From IMG/VR virus record IMGVR_UViG_3300028864_000017: 64,000 nt of DNA; one strand, written 5' to 3'. Below, in pieces: positions 20,730 through 30,729 of this stretch. Each line of letters starts with the position of its first letter. The first letter of the stretch is position 1. This DNA comes from a virus (taxonomy: Duplodnaviria; Caudoviricetes). Below the pieces are notes generated by a model, which was not told the origin of the DNA, did no database searches, and was given only the letters and a program-made list of their open reading frames with translations. Position numbers and translations under genes: made by a program.

Positions 20730-21158
20730 TTAAAAAGATTCTAATAAATCTATCAAATCCTTTAATTTTATGTATTCTATACCATAATCATCATAATTAC
20801 CGTAGTATTCCCAATCATGTTTAGTTGTTGATTCTAATGATTCTTCTATTTTTTTAAATTGAAGATAAGTTATTCCTGGCGCTAATTGCTCTAAAACCAT
20901 ATCAAGAGCTTTAAATTTTGGCTTGTCCTCTCCATAATATTCTTCTGACTCATCATCATTCCAACAATTACCACCTTGTGAACCTCCTTCAGACCAACGC
21001 ATATACACAATCAATTCTTTAATACCATCACATCCATATGGTTCAATAAATATACCTTGATCTGATATTGTACATTCATTGTTTATTTTATCTATTTGTT
21101 TCTTTGTTAATTCCATTTTTTTAATTTTCTTATTACAAATATAATAATTTATTTTCAT
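20730..21158 (-). CDS. hypothetical protein
   Basis: ORF track; GGSQGGNCW and WEYYGNY motifs. Confidence 0.75.
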   Translation of the reverse strand: MKINYYICNKKIKKMELTKKQIDKINNECTISDQGIFIEPYGCDGIKELIVYMRWSEGGSQGGNCWNDDESEEYYGEDKPKFKALDMVLEQLAPGITYLQFKKIEESLESTTKHDWEYYGNYDDYGIEYIKLKDLIDLLESF

Positions 21159-21183
21159 ATAAAAAAATTATATTTCAAAATAT

Positions 21184-21214
21184 TTTGATATTATAAAAAA
21201 TAATTGTATCTTTG
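21184..21214 (+). promoter_or_regulatory. Bacteroidota-type promoter (-33/-7)
   Basis: TTTG-N19-TATCTTTG at the head of a long + strand operon. Confidence 0.75.
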
Positions 21215-21231
21215 CACAAAATAAATATAAA

Positions 21232-21567
21232 ATGGAAAATAAAATAGGTAAAGTATCAAATGCTTTCATAGTATCATCAGGTAGAAGAGTAAAAAATGGT
21301 ACATATATAACATTTGAAACCAATGTCAATGTGATAATTGGTAATTATGTGGATATTAAAGTTGATAATAAAATTCATTGTTTTGAAGTAATGGATATTT
21401 CAATTAAAAGTAAAGACTTATCAGTAGATGCTTGTGAAGTAGGATATTATTCAAAATTTGATAGTATGAAAGATTTTGATTTGAGAAATTTGATTGATAT
21501 TGATGTTTATAAAATAACTGACACAGAAAGAATTAATAAAATACAAAAAGAATCATGTTACTGTTAA
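21232..21567 (+). CDS. hypothetical protein
   Basis: ORF track. Confidence 0.75.
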   Translation: MENKIGKVSNAFIVSSGRRVKNGTYITFETNVNVIIGNYVDIKVDNKIHCFEVMDISIKSKDLSVDACEVGYYSKFDSMKDFDLRNLIDIDVYKITDTERINKIQKESCYC

Positions 21568-21579
21568 AATATTAAAAAT

Positions 21580-21753
21580 ATGGCTAAAAATATAATGTTA
21601 AATGAAGAAGATTTTCAGAAATTAACCAAAGGTGAAGTTATTGAAAAAGATGGTGTTAAAATAGCACTTCAAGATATTGGATTTGGTACTATGATTGATA
21701 TATTAGATGAAAATTATAATGATTATTTAGAATATAGAAAAACACATTTTTAA
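21580..21753 (+). CDS. small hypothetical protein (57 aa, not in ORF track)
   Basis: MAKNIMLNEEDFQKLTKGEVIEKDGVKIALQDIGF...; fills the operon gap exactly. Confidence 0.75.
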   Translation: MAKNIMLNEEDFQKLTKGEVIEKDGVKIALQDIGFGTMIDILDENYNDYLEYRKTHF

Positions 21754-22407
21754 ATGGAAAATTTTGGAAATAAAAATTATCATGTTACAGTAAGCGAAAA
21801 AACTTTAACTATATTAGTTTCTTATTGTATTAAAAGTGATTCAGATGAAGTTTGGATTTCATTTAAAGATATAGTAGAGTTAAAAACTGTTTATGATGAT
21901 TTGAAAAATTTCTTTGATAAAAATGATAGATTTTTTTGGTTTTATGATAATTATGAATTTTCACACTCAAGTGGAGATTTGAAAAATGAAAAAATAGAAA
22001 AAATAAAGTCATTATCAACAGAAGAAATGATAAATTATATAATGAGTGGTGAAACTCATCTAAATACCAATGATGATAATAATTATATAAATGCTGAAGA
22101 ATGTGGATTCGGTAAAATAATGACTTCACCTAAAATGAGAACAATTGATAATGAAGTTGTTGAAAAAAATTCATATATATTAAACTGTTTACCATTCTCA
22201 ACATTTAATTGTATTCCATTTTCATTTTCAGAAAACTCAATAAAATTCTTTAATTTTTATAAGAATGATATAAAAAAATATTTTGTTGATAATCTCGGAA
22301 TAAATATGTTTTATAAACTTACAATTATTAAAATTACATTAACATCATATTTAAGTTTTTATAGAGTTAGATATGAAGGTGGAAAAATAAAAAATGAAAA
22401 GAATTAG
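21754..22407 (+). CDS. hypothetical protein
   Basis: ORF track. Confidence 0.7.
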   Translation: MENFGNKNYHVTVSEKTLTILVSYCIKSDSDEVWISFKDIVELKTVYDDLKNFFDKNDRFFWFYDNYEFSHSSGDLKNEKIEKIKSLSTEEMINYIMSGETHLNTNDDNNYINAEECGFGKIMTSPKMRTIDNEVVEKNSYILNCLPFSTFNCIPFSFSENSIKFFNFYKNDIKKYFVDNLGINMFYKLTIIKITLTSYLSFYRVRYEGGKIKNEKN

Positions 22408-22930
22408 AGTAGAAGAAATAATTAAATGGAATATAGCTAAAAAGACAAAAACAATAAAAGCTAAACCACTAATTTCAATAATGGTGGATAGAAATGTTTT
22501 ATCAAAATTTTTAGTTGATACATTAGAAGGTAAAGAACCTCTTGGTGATGGATCTATTATTTGTCTTGGTGATAGTAATGATGTTTGGCAACAAATGCCT
22601 AAAAAACTTCTTCAAAAATATAGTGTTATTAGTATTGATAATGATGGTTGGATGATTTGTGAACCAAGACCTGATAACTCAGTAGAATGTATAGAAATTA
22701 CCACAGATTTATCAGAATTTGTTGATGATTCAGATTTTTGGGTAACGGAAAAGGAACATTTTTTTATTAAAGGATTATGGGGTGAAGAAGTTTCTATTCT
22801 TGATAAAAAAATAAACATTCAGAGATCAGATATAGGTGACTTCATTTGTAGAAATAGAGAAGATAAAAATGATATTTGGATTGTAAAAAGAAAAATATTT
22901 ATAAATACTTATAATATCATATCTCAATAA
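22394..22930 (+). CDS. hypothetical protein, possibly PGDYG-like
   Basis: TLEG...GDGSIIC...W and IGDFICR...W internal repeats. Confidence 0.55.
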   Translation: MKRIRVEEIIKWNIAKKTKTIKAKPLISIMVDRNVLSKFLVDTLEGKEPLGDGSIICLGDSNDVWQQMPKKLLQKYSVISIDNDGWMICEPRPDNSVECIEITTDLSEFVDDSDFWVTEKEHFFIKGLWGEEVSILDKKINIQRSDIGDFICRNREDKNDIWIVKRKIFINTYNIISQ

Positions 22931-23269
22931 ATGAAAAAAGAAAAATATCTTGAATATCGTAAAATATTTGAAAATAATTATAAAGAACAACTAAATATTG
23001 GTAAACATGACTTAGGATTTGTTAATTTGCATGACACAAAAAACAATATTTCAAGATTTCAAGAGTTTATTTTTATTTATAGTTGTGATATAAATTCAAT
23101 ATTCACTAATACTGTAAATTCAATAGATAGAAGGAAAAGATTTATAGTTAAAAATAATAAACCAGTAATTAAAATAAGAATAGATTTATCAAATGTTCAT
23201 TTAGTTGATAATTGGTCAGAGCATTTTGGAAAAGTCGAAGAGTATTATAAAAAAAATATTAAAAAATGA
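22931..23269 (+). CDS. hypothetical protein
   Basis: ORF track. Confidence 0.6.
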   Translation: MKKEKYLEYRKIFENNYKEQLNIGKHDLGFVNLHDTKNNISRFQEFIFIYSCDINSIFTNTVNSIDRRKRFIVKNNKPVIKIRIDLSNVHLVDNWSEHFGKVEEYYKKNIKK

Positions 23270-23270
23270 A

Positions 23271-23930
23271 ATGATGGATAAAAAAATAACAGTATTTGAA
23301 AATTTAACAGCAAGTCATAATGTAGATCCTCAAAATGGATTTACTCCATTGTGTCCAACTGAGTTACCTGTAACAGATGGTGATAAAATTGTAGATGAAT
23401 TAAATAAACAGAATAATCTTGTTAAATATAAAACAGTATCAAAAGATATGCATCCTGTTAATTCAATTTGGATAGCAAGTGATGAACATCCTCAATTTTC
23501 AACAATAGAAGGAGAAAATGTTGATATTGCTTGGAAATCTCATTGTATATCAGGTACATTTGGATCTGAACTTATATCAGGACTTCCTAAAATGTGTGAT
23601 TATGACTTTTTTGTAGCAAAGGGATTTGAACCAGATTTACATCCTTACTCAAGTTGCTATCATGACTTAAATAAAAAAATATCTACAGGACTAATTGAAT
23701 GGTATATTTCTAAACATATTGATACTGTTATAGTTGGTGGATTAGCTACAAATTATTGTGTTGGATCAACTGTTATTGATTTGGTAAATGCAGGATTTGA
23801 TGTTATTCTTAACCTTGGAGGATGTAAAGGAATTGGCTCAGATGAAGATATTAATAATTATGTAGATATGTTAGTCAATGATTATAATATTGTAGTTGTA
23901 AATTCTGCTGATGAAATTGAAGTAATTTAA
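23271..23930 (+). CDS. pncA: nicotinamidase/pyrazinamidase (isochorismatase fold; start revised)
   Basis: VDPQNGF, KDMHP, HCISGTFG, KG...YSS, GLATNYCV. Confidence 0.9.
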   Translation: MMDKKITVFENLTASHNVDPQNGFTPLCPTELPVTDGDKIVDELNKQNNLVKYKTVSKDMHPVNSIWIASDEHPQFSTIEGENVDIAWKSHCISGTFGSELISGLPKMCDYDFFVAKGFEPDLHPYSSCYHDLNKKISTGLIEWYISKHIDTVIVGGLATNYCVGSTVIDLVNAGFDVILNLGGCKGIGSDEDINNYVDMLVNDYNIVVVNSADEIEVI

Positions 23931-23932
23931 AA

Positions 23933-24169
23933 ATGATAGGTAAAGCAGGTGATAGAGTCATATATATTGGTTATGCTCCTGATAAAATAGTTTATGATGA
24001 ATTAATTCTTGATTCAAATTATACAATAAAATATGTAAACCATCATTCTGGTTATGATTTATATGTATTGGTTGGATTTGAAACATGCGTACCATTTATG
24101 TCAGATGAATTTGAAACATTGTCTGAATATAGAAAAAGAAAACTTGAAAAAATAAATAATTTAAAATGA
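23933..24169 (+). CDS. hypothetical protein, C-terminal RKxKL family
   Basis: ends YRKRKLEKINNLK. Confidence 0.7.
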   Translation: MIGKAGDRVIYIGYAPDKIVYDELILDSNYTIKYVNHHSGYDLYVLVGFETCVPFMSDEFETLSEYRKRKLEKINNLK

Positions 24170-24495
24170 TAGCATATAAATTAATGAAACAAAGAAAGAA
24201 TGGTACTCTTGGTAGTTTATTTATAAATGCTAAAGAAGTATATTCTTTTAATGTTTGGATGAATGCTGAGCTTATACCAACAAATGGTTTTTCTGAAAGA
24301 TTTGGTTGGCATTGCTGTTTCACTCCAAATGCTCCACACTTGAAAGAAAATCTATCAAGTGGAGAAATAAGAGTATGGGTAGAAGTTGAAGTTGAAGGTA
24401 TAAAAACTTACGATAGACCTGAATCTCAAGGTGGATCATGGATTCTTGCAGATAAAATGAAAATTAATCGTATTGTTGATAAAAATGAATATTGA
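24166..24495 (+). CDS. hypothetical phage protein
   Basis: GWHCC, APHL, RPESQGGSW motifs. Confidence 0.75.
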   Translation: MIAYKLMKQRKNGTLGSLFINAKEVYSFNVWMNAELIPTNGFSERFGWHCCFTPNAPHLKENLSSGEIRVWVEVEVEGIKTYDRPESQGGSWILADKMKINRIVDKNEY

Positions 24496-24742
24496 TAAAT
24501 CGTTAGGATGTTGGAATTTAGGAAATTGTAGTTATTTAGATGAACTTGCATATCATCTTTATCTTAAAGATTATGATAATTGGTTTCATTCTGTAGGTTT
24601 TGAAGAACCAATAACACAATACATATTCTGTATGCAACATTCATATGAAAAAAACACAGGACATGTAGCACAATATTACAATAAATCAGTATTAGTAATA
24701 AGAAAAGAAAAACTTGAAGAAATAAATGGAATCAAAAAATAA
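24473..24742 (+). CDS. hypothetical protein, C-terminal RKxKL family
   Basis: ends IRKEKLEEINGIKK. Confidence 0.7.
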   Translation: MLIKMNIDKSLGCWNLGNCSYLDELAYHLYLKDYDNWFHSVGFEEPITQYIFCMQHSYEKNTGHVAQYYNKSVLVIRKEKLEEINGIKK

Positions 24743-25049
24743 ATATTATAAGAATTCTTTAACTGGACATATTATTTGCGAACAAACATTTGTATCAGAT
24801 ATTATTACTAATATTCCAACTAAGTATTATGATTTACATATGCGTGAAATTGTAGATTTTTTTGACTTGAAAGGATATTTGGAAATAAAAAAGAAAAAAT
24901 TTGATTTATATAGAAGTAGCAGATGGAATGCAGGTGAAATAAATAGTTGGTTTATAAAACCTAAAATAGAAAAAACTTTAATTGAAATAAGAAAAGAAAA
25001 ACTAGAAGAACTAAATAAAATAAAAAAAAAGTATGATTGGAATGTATAA
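24726..25049 (+). CDS. hypothetical protein, C-terminal RKxKL family
   Basis: IRKEKLEELNKIKK near C-terminus. Confidence 0.7.
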   Translation: MESKNKYYKNSLTGHIICEQTFVSDIITNIPTKYYDLHMREIVDFFDLKGYLEIKKKKFDLYRSSRWNAGEINSWFIKPKIEKTLIEIRKEKLEELNKIKKKYDWNV

Positions 25050-25656
25050 GGAAATTTATGATGAAATGAATGAAAGGTTGAAATATCTTGAAAGTCAAGA
25101 ACAAACTGAAGAAATAAAAAATAGAATAGATGAAATTTGCTTATCTATTGTTCATATTCAGCAAAAAATTTTATTTCAAATGGGTAGAAAACCAATGCCT
25201 CAAGAAATTGAAAGAAAATTTCTTGTTAAAGGTGAATATAAATCATTATCAGTTAATGAATATAAAATTATTCAAGGATATATTTCATCTAATCCTGCAG
25301 TTAGAATTCGCATTAAAAATGATAAAGCATATATAACTATCAAAGGAAAAACTAATGAAACTGGTGTGTCTCGCTATGAATTTGAAAAAGAAATATTAGT
25401 TGATGAAGCAAAAGAATTGATGTTATTATGTGGAGATGGTAAAATAGATAAAACTCGTTATAATATTCAAGTTGGAAATCACATATTTGAAGTTGATGAA
25501 TTTCATGGTGAGAATGAAGGATTAACTATTGCTGAAGTTGAACTTAGTAGTGAAGATGAATCATATGATATTCCAGAATGGTTAGGTGAAGAAGTTACTG
25601 GAAATAAAGAATATTATAATTCATATTTGAGTAAAAATCCATATTCTAAAAAATAA
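25033..25656 (+). CDS. CYTH-domain protein (triphosphate tunnel metalloenzyme)
   Basis: EIERKFLV, IQGY, VRIR, ITIKG, RYEFE, KTRY, EVDEF, AEVEL; about 54-aa N-terminal extension. Confidence 0.92.
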   Translation: MIGMYKEIYDEMNERLKYLESQEQTEEIKNRIDEICLSIVHIQQKILFQMGRKPMPQEIERKFLVKGEYKSLSVNEYKIIQGYISSNPAVRIRIKNDKAYITIKGKTNETGVSRYEFEKEILVDEAKELMLLCGDGKIDKTRYNIQVGNHIFEVDEFHGENEGLTIAEVELSSEDESYDIPEWLGEEVTGNKEYYNSYLSKNPYSKK

Positions 25657-25691
25657 ACTAAATATTTTATTGTATTTAAAAATAAAAGTAT

Positions 25692-25699
25692 TATCTTTG
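25692..25699 (+). promoter_or_regulatory. Bacteroidota-type -7 element upstream of pncB
   Basis: TATCTTTG about 30 nt before ATG. Confidence 0.65.
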
Positions 25700-25728
25700 T
25701 GAAATAATTCAAATTAAAACAAATTAAA

Positions 25729-26928
25729 ATGAAACAAATTATCAACAGTATTTTAGATACTGACCTTTACAAGTTAAGTATGATGCAGTTTGTCATAGAA
25801 CATTATCCTGATGCGAAAGGAGAATATACGTTTAATAATCGTGATAAATCTATGATTTTCAATCGTAAATCTATCAAAATTATCAAAAAACAAATCAAAT
25901 TGATGGAAAATTTGAAATTGACTGATGATGAGTATGATTATTTGAAAGAAAAAGTAGGTTATATTTCTGTCTCTGCTCGTCAATATTTAGCTGCATATAA
26001 ATTTAATTCTTCACAAGTTAATATCACTCACGAAGAAAATGGTGAACTTAACATAAAAATTGAAGGTTTTTGGAGGGATGCAATACTTTGGGAGGTTCCT
26101 TTGATGGCTATCATATCAGAAGTTTATTTCAAAGTGATGGATAAAGATTGGAACATGGATGGACAAGTAGAATTAATCAACGAAAAAGGAAAACTATTAA
26201 GTGATGCTGGAGCGACATTTGCTGATTTTGGTACTCGCAGAAGACGTAATTTTATGACACAAGATATTGTGGTTCGTGAATTATGTAAATATACAGGATT
26301 TGTTGGTACAAGTAATCCATTTCTTGCAATGAAGCATGGTGTTAAAGCTACAGGAACATGTGCTCATGAGGCTATATCTGGTGTAGCAGCATTAGAAAGT
26401 CTTAATCATCCTAATAAGATTTTCATGAAAAGATGGCAAGAAACATTTCAAGGTGACTTAGGTACAATGTTACCTGATACTTTTGGACTTGAATCTTTCT
26501 TATCTGATTTTTCTTTACAAGATGCAAAATTGTGGGATAGTGTTAGACATGATAGTGGAGATGCTCACCTTTTCACTGATAAAATTGTTGAAAATTATAA
26601 AAAATTAAATATTAATCCAATGACAAAATCTATTATTTTTAGTAATGCATTGGATGTTTATTCTGCTATTGAATTGATAGAATATTGTAAAAATAAAATT
26701 CTTTGCTCTTTTGGTATTGGAACTCATTTTACAAATGATTTCAAAAAAGAGAGTGTTACGAATTTAAAAAGTAAACCAATGAATATGGTAATTAAACTTA
26801 CTCGTATGAATGGAGTTCCTTGTGTTAAATTATCAGATGATCCTGGTAAAGCAATTGGAGATTCTAAAATGGTTGAAATAATGAAATATATTCATTTTGA
26901 TATTATAAAAAATAATTATGAAAAATGA
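25729..26928 (+). CDS. pncB: nicotinate phosphoribosyltransferase
   Basis: LDTDLYK, DFGTRRR, GTSN, GTCAHE, RHDSGD, FGIGT, KLSDDPGKA. Confidence 0.96.
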   Translation: MKQIINSILDTDLYKLSMMQFVIEHYPDAKGEYTFNNRDKSMIFNRKSIKIIKKQIKLMENLKLTDDEYDYLKEKVGYISVSARQYLAAYKFNSSQVNITHEENGELNIKIEGFWRDAILWEVPLMAIISEVYFKVMDKDWNMDGQVELINEKGKLLSDAGATFADFGTRRRRNFMTQDIVVRELCKYTGFVGTSNPFLAMKHGVKATGTCAHEAISGVAALESLNHPNKIFMKRWQETFQGDLGTMLPDTFGLESFLSDFSLQDAKLWDSVRHDSGDAHLFTDKIVENYKKLNINPMTKSIIFSNALDVYSAIELIEYCKNKILCSFGIGTHFTNDFKKESVTNLKSKPMNMVIKLTRMNGVPCVKLSDDPGKAIGDSKMVEIMKYIHFDIIKNNYEK

Positions 26929-26961
26929 TATTTAGAGTAATTATATCACATTAAATTTAAT

Positions 26962-26998
26962 AAAAAGAGAATACATTAACTTGTATTCTCTTTTTTTT
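26962..26998 (+). terminator. intrinsic terminator
   Basis: aaaaagagaatac-attaactt-gtattctctttttttt. Confidence 0.8.
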
Positions 26999-27049
26999 GT
27001 TAAACATAATCAATTTTTATTTATATAATAGATAAATAAAAACATTATT

Positions 27050-27949
27050 ATGAATAAATTTTTAAATAAAATAATATGTGGAGATGCAGTTGATGTGATG
27101 AAAAATATACCTGATAATTCTATAGATTTGACCGTTACATCTCCACCATATGGTTCATTAAGAACATACAAAGGAATTATAAAAGATAAAGATCATTTTG
27201 ATGGTTATAGTTTTCCATTTATACCAATGGTAGAGGAATTATATAGAATAACTAAAGATGGAGGAGTTGTTGTTTGGGTTATTGGTGATCAGATAGTTGA
27301 TGGCTCTGAGAGTGGTGATTCTTTTAGACAAGCATTAAAATTCAAAGAAATAGGCTTCAATATTCATGATACAATGATATATCACAAGAATGGACCTGCA
27401 TTTCCTGAATCAGGTAGATACTCACAAGTATTTGAATATATGTTTGTATTTTCAAAGGGTAAGCCTAAAACTGTTAACTTATTTCGTGATAAAGAGAATC
27501 GTTGGGCAGGAAGTAAAAATTTTGGAACTCCAAGTGCTAGAACTAAAGATGGTGAATTAAAAAAAAGCAAAAGTTTCACTGTTAGTAAATTAGGGTATAG
27601 ATATAATGTTTGGCATATAAATAATGGAGCAGGTTTTACCACAAAAGATAAATTTGCATATGCTCATCCTGCTGCATTTCCAGAAAGTTTGGCAGAGGAT
27701 CATATCTTATCATGGAGTAATGAAGGAGATATAGTATTAGATCCTATGTGTGGTTCAGCTACTACTTGTAAAATGTCTAAGATGAATAATAGAAATTTTA
27801 TAGGAATTGATATTAATGAAGAATATGTTGAAATATCAAACAAAAGAGTTGATATTAAGCCTTATACTAATGATTCACCTAATGAAAAATTAAAATTTAT
27901 TATTAGTAGAGAACAAATATTAGCAAATAGAAAGAAAAAAGAAAAATGA
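27050..27949 (+). CDS. DNA methyltransferase, N4-C/N6-A beta class
   Basis: VTSPPY, HPAAFPESLA, VLDPMCGSATT. Confidence 0.93.
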   Translation: MNKFLNKIICGDAVDVMKNIPDNSIDLTVTSPPYGSLRTYKGIIKDKDHFDGYSFPFIPMVEELYRITKDGGVVVWVIGDQIVDGSESGDSFRQALKFKEIGFNIHDTMIYHKNGPAFPESGRYSQVFEYMFVFSKGKPKTVNLFRDKENRWAGSKNFGTPSARTKDGELKKSKSFTVSKLGYRYNVWHINNGAGFTTKDKFAYAHPAAFPESLAEDHILSWSNEGDIVLDPMCGSATTCKMSKMNNRNFIGIDINEEYVEISNKRVDIKPYTNDSPNEKLKFIISREQILANRKKKEK

Positions 27950-28308
27950 TAGAAGAGCCTACTTTATTAGATTATAAAGCATATAATTTGTGTTGGAATT
28001 ATTGTACTATTAATTTTAAAAAACAGATAGATTTAACAACTTTCATTAAGTATAAGGATGTTCATATTAAATATTATAATGAAGCAAGAAAAATATTTAG
28101 AAAAGAAAAATTGATAAATTTATATGATGTAGGTTTGAATATAAAACAAAAATCATCATGTAATTTAACAACTGAACAGAAAGATGAACTCATCTCAGAT
28201 TTATATAATATTCGTTCATTTGATGATATAGTAAATGATGAATCTAAATTAATAAATAATATTATAAGATCAGAAAAAATAGAGAAATTAAATAAACTAT
28301 TCAAATAA
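27946..28308 (+). CDS. hypothetical protein, C-terminal RKxKL family
   Basis: ends IRSEKIEKLNKLFK. Confidence 0.65.
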   Translation: MIEEPTLLDYKAYNLCWNYCTINFKKQIDLTTFIKYKDVHIKYYNEARKIFRKEKLINLYDVGLNIKQKSSCNLTTEQKDELISDLYNIRSFDDIVNDESKLINNIIRSEKIEKLNKLFK

Positions 28309-28325
28309 TATTTTATAAATATTAA

Positions 28326-29015
28326 ATGGATTATAAAGATTTAGTATATATTGACATTGAAACTGCAGGATTTTATCCAAATTTATCATCTCTAAAAGAA
28401 GATGATATTAGAGGATATGATCTTTTTATGCGTAAATTAGATAGAAAAAGTTTACAATTTTTGGATTGGAAAGAAGATCCAAATGATGTTTATCTCAATA
28501 AATCATCATTGATACCAGAATTTGGTAGAGTTGTTTGTGTTTCTATGTCTAGAATAACTAAAAATGATGAAATTAAAATGATGTCAATATGTGATGAGGA
28601 TGAAGAATATATAATTAAAAAAACTCAGCAATCACTAATGAATGTATCTAATAATTCTTTATTAGGTTTGAGTGGATTTTATATAAAAGGATTTGATATA
28701 CCATGGCTAAACAGAAAAATGCTGAAGTATGGATATATAATTCCTAAAATTCTTAAAACTCATAGTGTTAAGCCATGGGATATGAATGTTGTTGATCTAG
28801 CTGAGGTTTGGAAAAGTCTTGGCACATTAGAACCTGTATCATTTGATGAAATGTTATATTCTTTAAATGTTGATAGTCCAAAAGATTTAATGGCTGGTAA
28901 AGATGTTCATAAATATTTTTGGGAAACTAAAGAATTAGATAAAATTCAAAATTATTGTGAAAAAGATGTTATGGGTTGTGTTAAAGCCGCAAAAAAAATC
29001 GTACATCTAATATAA
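28326..29015 (+). CDS. 3'-5' exonuclease, stand-alone PolB-exo-like
   Basis: YIDIET, FYIKGFDIPWL, YCEKDV (DEDDy). Confidence 0.88.
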   Translation: MDYKDLVYIDIETAGFYPNLSSLKEDDIRGYDLFMRKLDRKSLQFLDWKEDPNDVYLNKSSLIPEFGRVVCVSMSRITKNDEIKMMSICDEDEEYIIKKTQQSLMNVSNNSLLGLSGFYIKGFDIPWLNRKMLKYGYIIPKILKTHSVKPWDMNVVDLAEVWKSLGTLEPVSFDEMLYSLNVDSPKDLMAGKDVHKYFWETKELDKIQNYCEKDVMGCVKAAKKIVHLI

Positions 29016-29028
29016 AAAAAATTAAAAT

Positions 29029-29220
29029 ATGAAAACAAGAACAGATTTGTTGATAGATACTCTTACTAATGATAGTGGTAGGCGTGTTTTTACTATAAAT
29101 GAAACTAAACAATTGATTAAAATTTCTCAATTAGAAGCTATTAATGATGAAGATGAATTGAATAAAGAAATTTTAAAATTTAAACAATCCTATGTAGATA
29201 GTGTCAGTTGGAAATTCTAA
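29029..29220 (+). CDS. hypothetical protein
   Basis: ORF track. Confidence 0.6.
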   Translation: MKTRTDLLIDTLTNDSGRRVFTINETKQLIKISQLEAINDEDELNKEILKFKQSYVDSVSWKF

Positions 29221-29278
29221 AATAGAAACAAATATAAATAATATGAGTATATCATATTATAAAAATTAAAAGTAATAA

Positions 29279-30355
29279 ATGACAAAAATTATAACAAGTC
29301 CAGAAAGATTTGATGAAGAAAAAGGAAATAATGTGTGTGTTTTTTTAGGTGGTCCTATTCAAGGTGCTCCTAATTGGCAAAATGATATATGTAATGATTT
29401 ATCAGGATATAAAAATTTAGTAATTACTAATCCAAGAAGAAAATCATTAGACAAATCAAAATTTAATTTTGATGAACAAGTAAAATGGGAGACAGAATAT
29501 TTAAATGAATCTGATATTTTAGTTTTTTGGATTCCAAATGAAGAAGAAAAAATAGAAGGTAGAATGTATGGTCAAACTACTAGATTTGAAGTCGGTGAAT
29601 GGATATCAAAATGTAGTGAGAAAATAATAATTGGAATTGATGATGAATTTCCAATGAAAAGATATATTAAAAATAGACTTGAAAACGATTATAATGTTAA
29701 AGTTCTTAATAATTATAAAGATGTTTTAAGCGAAGTTAAAAATAAAATAGATTTTTTATCTAATTCTAAACCAGATACTTTTTTTACATCTGATGATCAC
29801 TTTGGAAGTAAAAGAACACTAGAATTATCTAAACGTCCTTTCACTTCAGTTGAAGAAATGAATCAATGTATGATTAATTTCTGGAATTCAGTAGTTAAAC
29901 CTAATGATAATGTTTATAATTTGGGTGATTTTGGTGATTATTCATTCATTAATAAATTGAATGGTAATATATTTTTAATATTAGGAAATTATGAAATTGA
30001 TGAAATGAATAAAGATTACAAAGGTGATTTTAATTTATTTAAGAAAATGTTGTTGAAAAAAGGGTTTAAAAACGTGTATAATGATTTGATAATTTCTACT
30101 AATATTGATGATGAAAAGGTTTTACCATTTAAAGAATTTGATAAAAAAGATAATTTATTTATGACTCATGAACCATTAAATGCTGATAAAAAGTATTTTA
30201 CTCTATTTGGACATATACACGGTAGACAAATGGTAAAAAGATATGGACTAGATGTTGGTGTAGATGGACATCATTTTAAACCAATTAATATGAAAGAAGT
30301 GCTGTTTTATAAAGAAGCAATTGAAAAATTTTATGATAATAACGTATTTGAATAA
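29279..30355 (+). CDS. fusion: nucleoside 2-deoxyribosyltransferase-like domain + calcineurin-like metallophosphoesterase
   Basis: N-terminal VFLGGPIQGAPNWQ, NPRR, QVKWE, TTRFEVG; C-terminal SDDHFG, LGDFG, LGNYE, THEP, GHIH, DVGVD. Confidence 0.82.
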   Translation: MTKIITSPERFDEEKGNNVCVFLGGPIQGAPNWQNDICNDLSGYKNLVITNPRRKSLDKSKFNFDEQVKWETEYLNESDILVFWIPNEEEKIEGRMYGQTTRFEVGEWISKCSEKIIIGIDDEFPMKRYIKNRLENDYNVKVLNNYKDVLSEVKNKIDFLSNSKPDTFFTSDDHFGSKRTLELSKRPFTSVEEMNQCMINFWNSVVKPNDNVYNLGDFGDYSFINKLNGNIFLILGNYEIDEMNKDYKGDFNLFKKMLLKKGFKNVYNDLIISTNIDDEKVLPFKEFDKKDNLFMTHEPLNADKKYFTLFGHIHGRQMVKRYGLDVGVDGHHFKPINMKEVLFYKEAIEKFYDNNVFE

Positions 30356-30357
30356 TA

Positions 30358-30729
30358 ATGAAAACAATTTCAGTGAAACAACCATGGTCATATCTAATAT
30401 GTTCAGGAATAAAAGATGTTGAAAATCGTAGTTGGAAAACTAATTTTAGAGGAAGAGTATTGATTCATTCTTCTAAAAAAATATCAGATGCTATTATGAG
30501 TATAGAACAACAAAATAATATTTTATTTGATATAAATAAAAAAATGAAATTTGGTTCAATTATAGGAAGTGTTGAAATTGTTGATTGTATAATAAATTCT
30601 AACTCAATTTGGGCTGAAAAAGGTACATATCATTGGATATTAAAAAATCCAATATTATTTGATGCTCCAATTGAAAATATAAAAGGAAAATTGAATTTCT
30701 GGAATTATGATATTGATAATTTATATTAA
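30358..30729 (+). CDS. ASCH-domain protein
   Basis: ISVKQPWSYLI..GIKDVENRSW, LIHSS, KGKLNFW. Confidence 0.9.
   Translation: MKTISVKQPWSYLICSGIKDVENRSWKTNFRGRVLIHSSKKISDAIMSIEQQNNILFDINKKMKFGSIIGSVEIVDCIINSNSIWAEKGTYHWILKNPILFDAPIENIKGKLNFWNYDIDNLY

Noticed and set aside
28326-29015. Exonuclease as the missing N-terminal half of the split polymerase
   Set aside because: It is a short stand-alone DEDDy family protein lacking polymerase motif A (DxxSLYPS) and the N-terminal domain.
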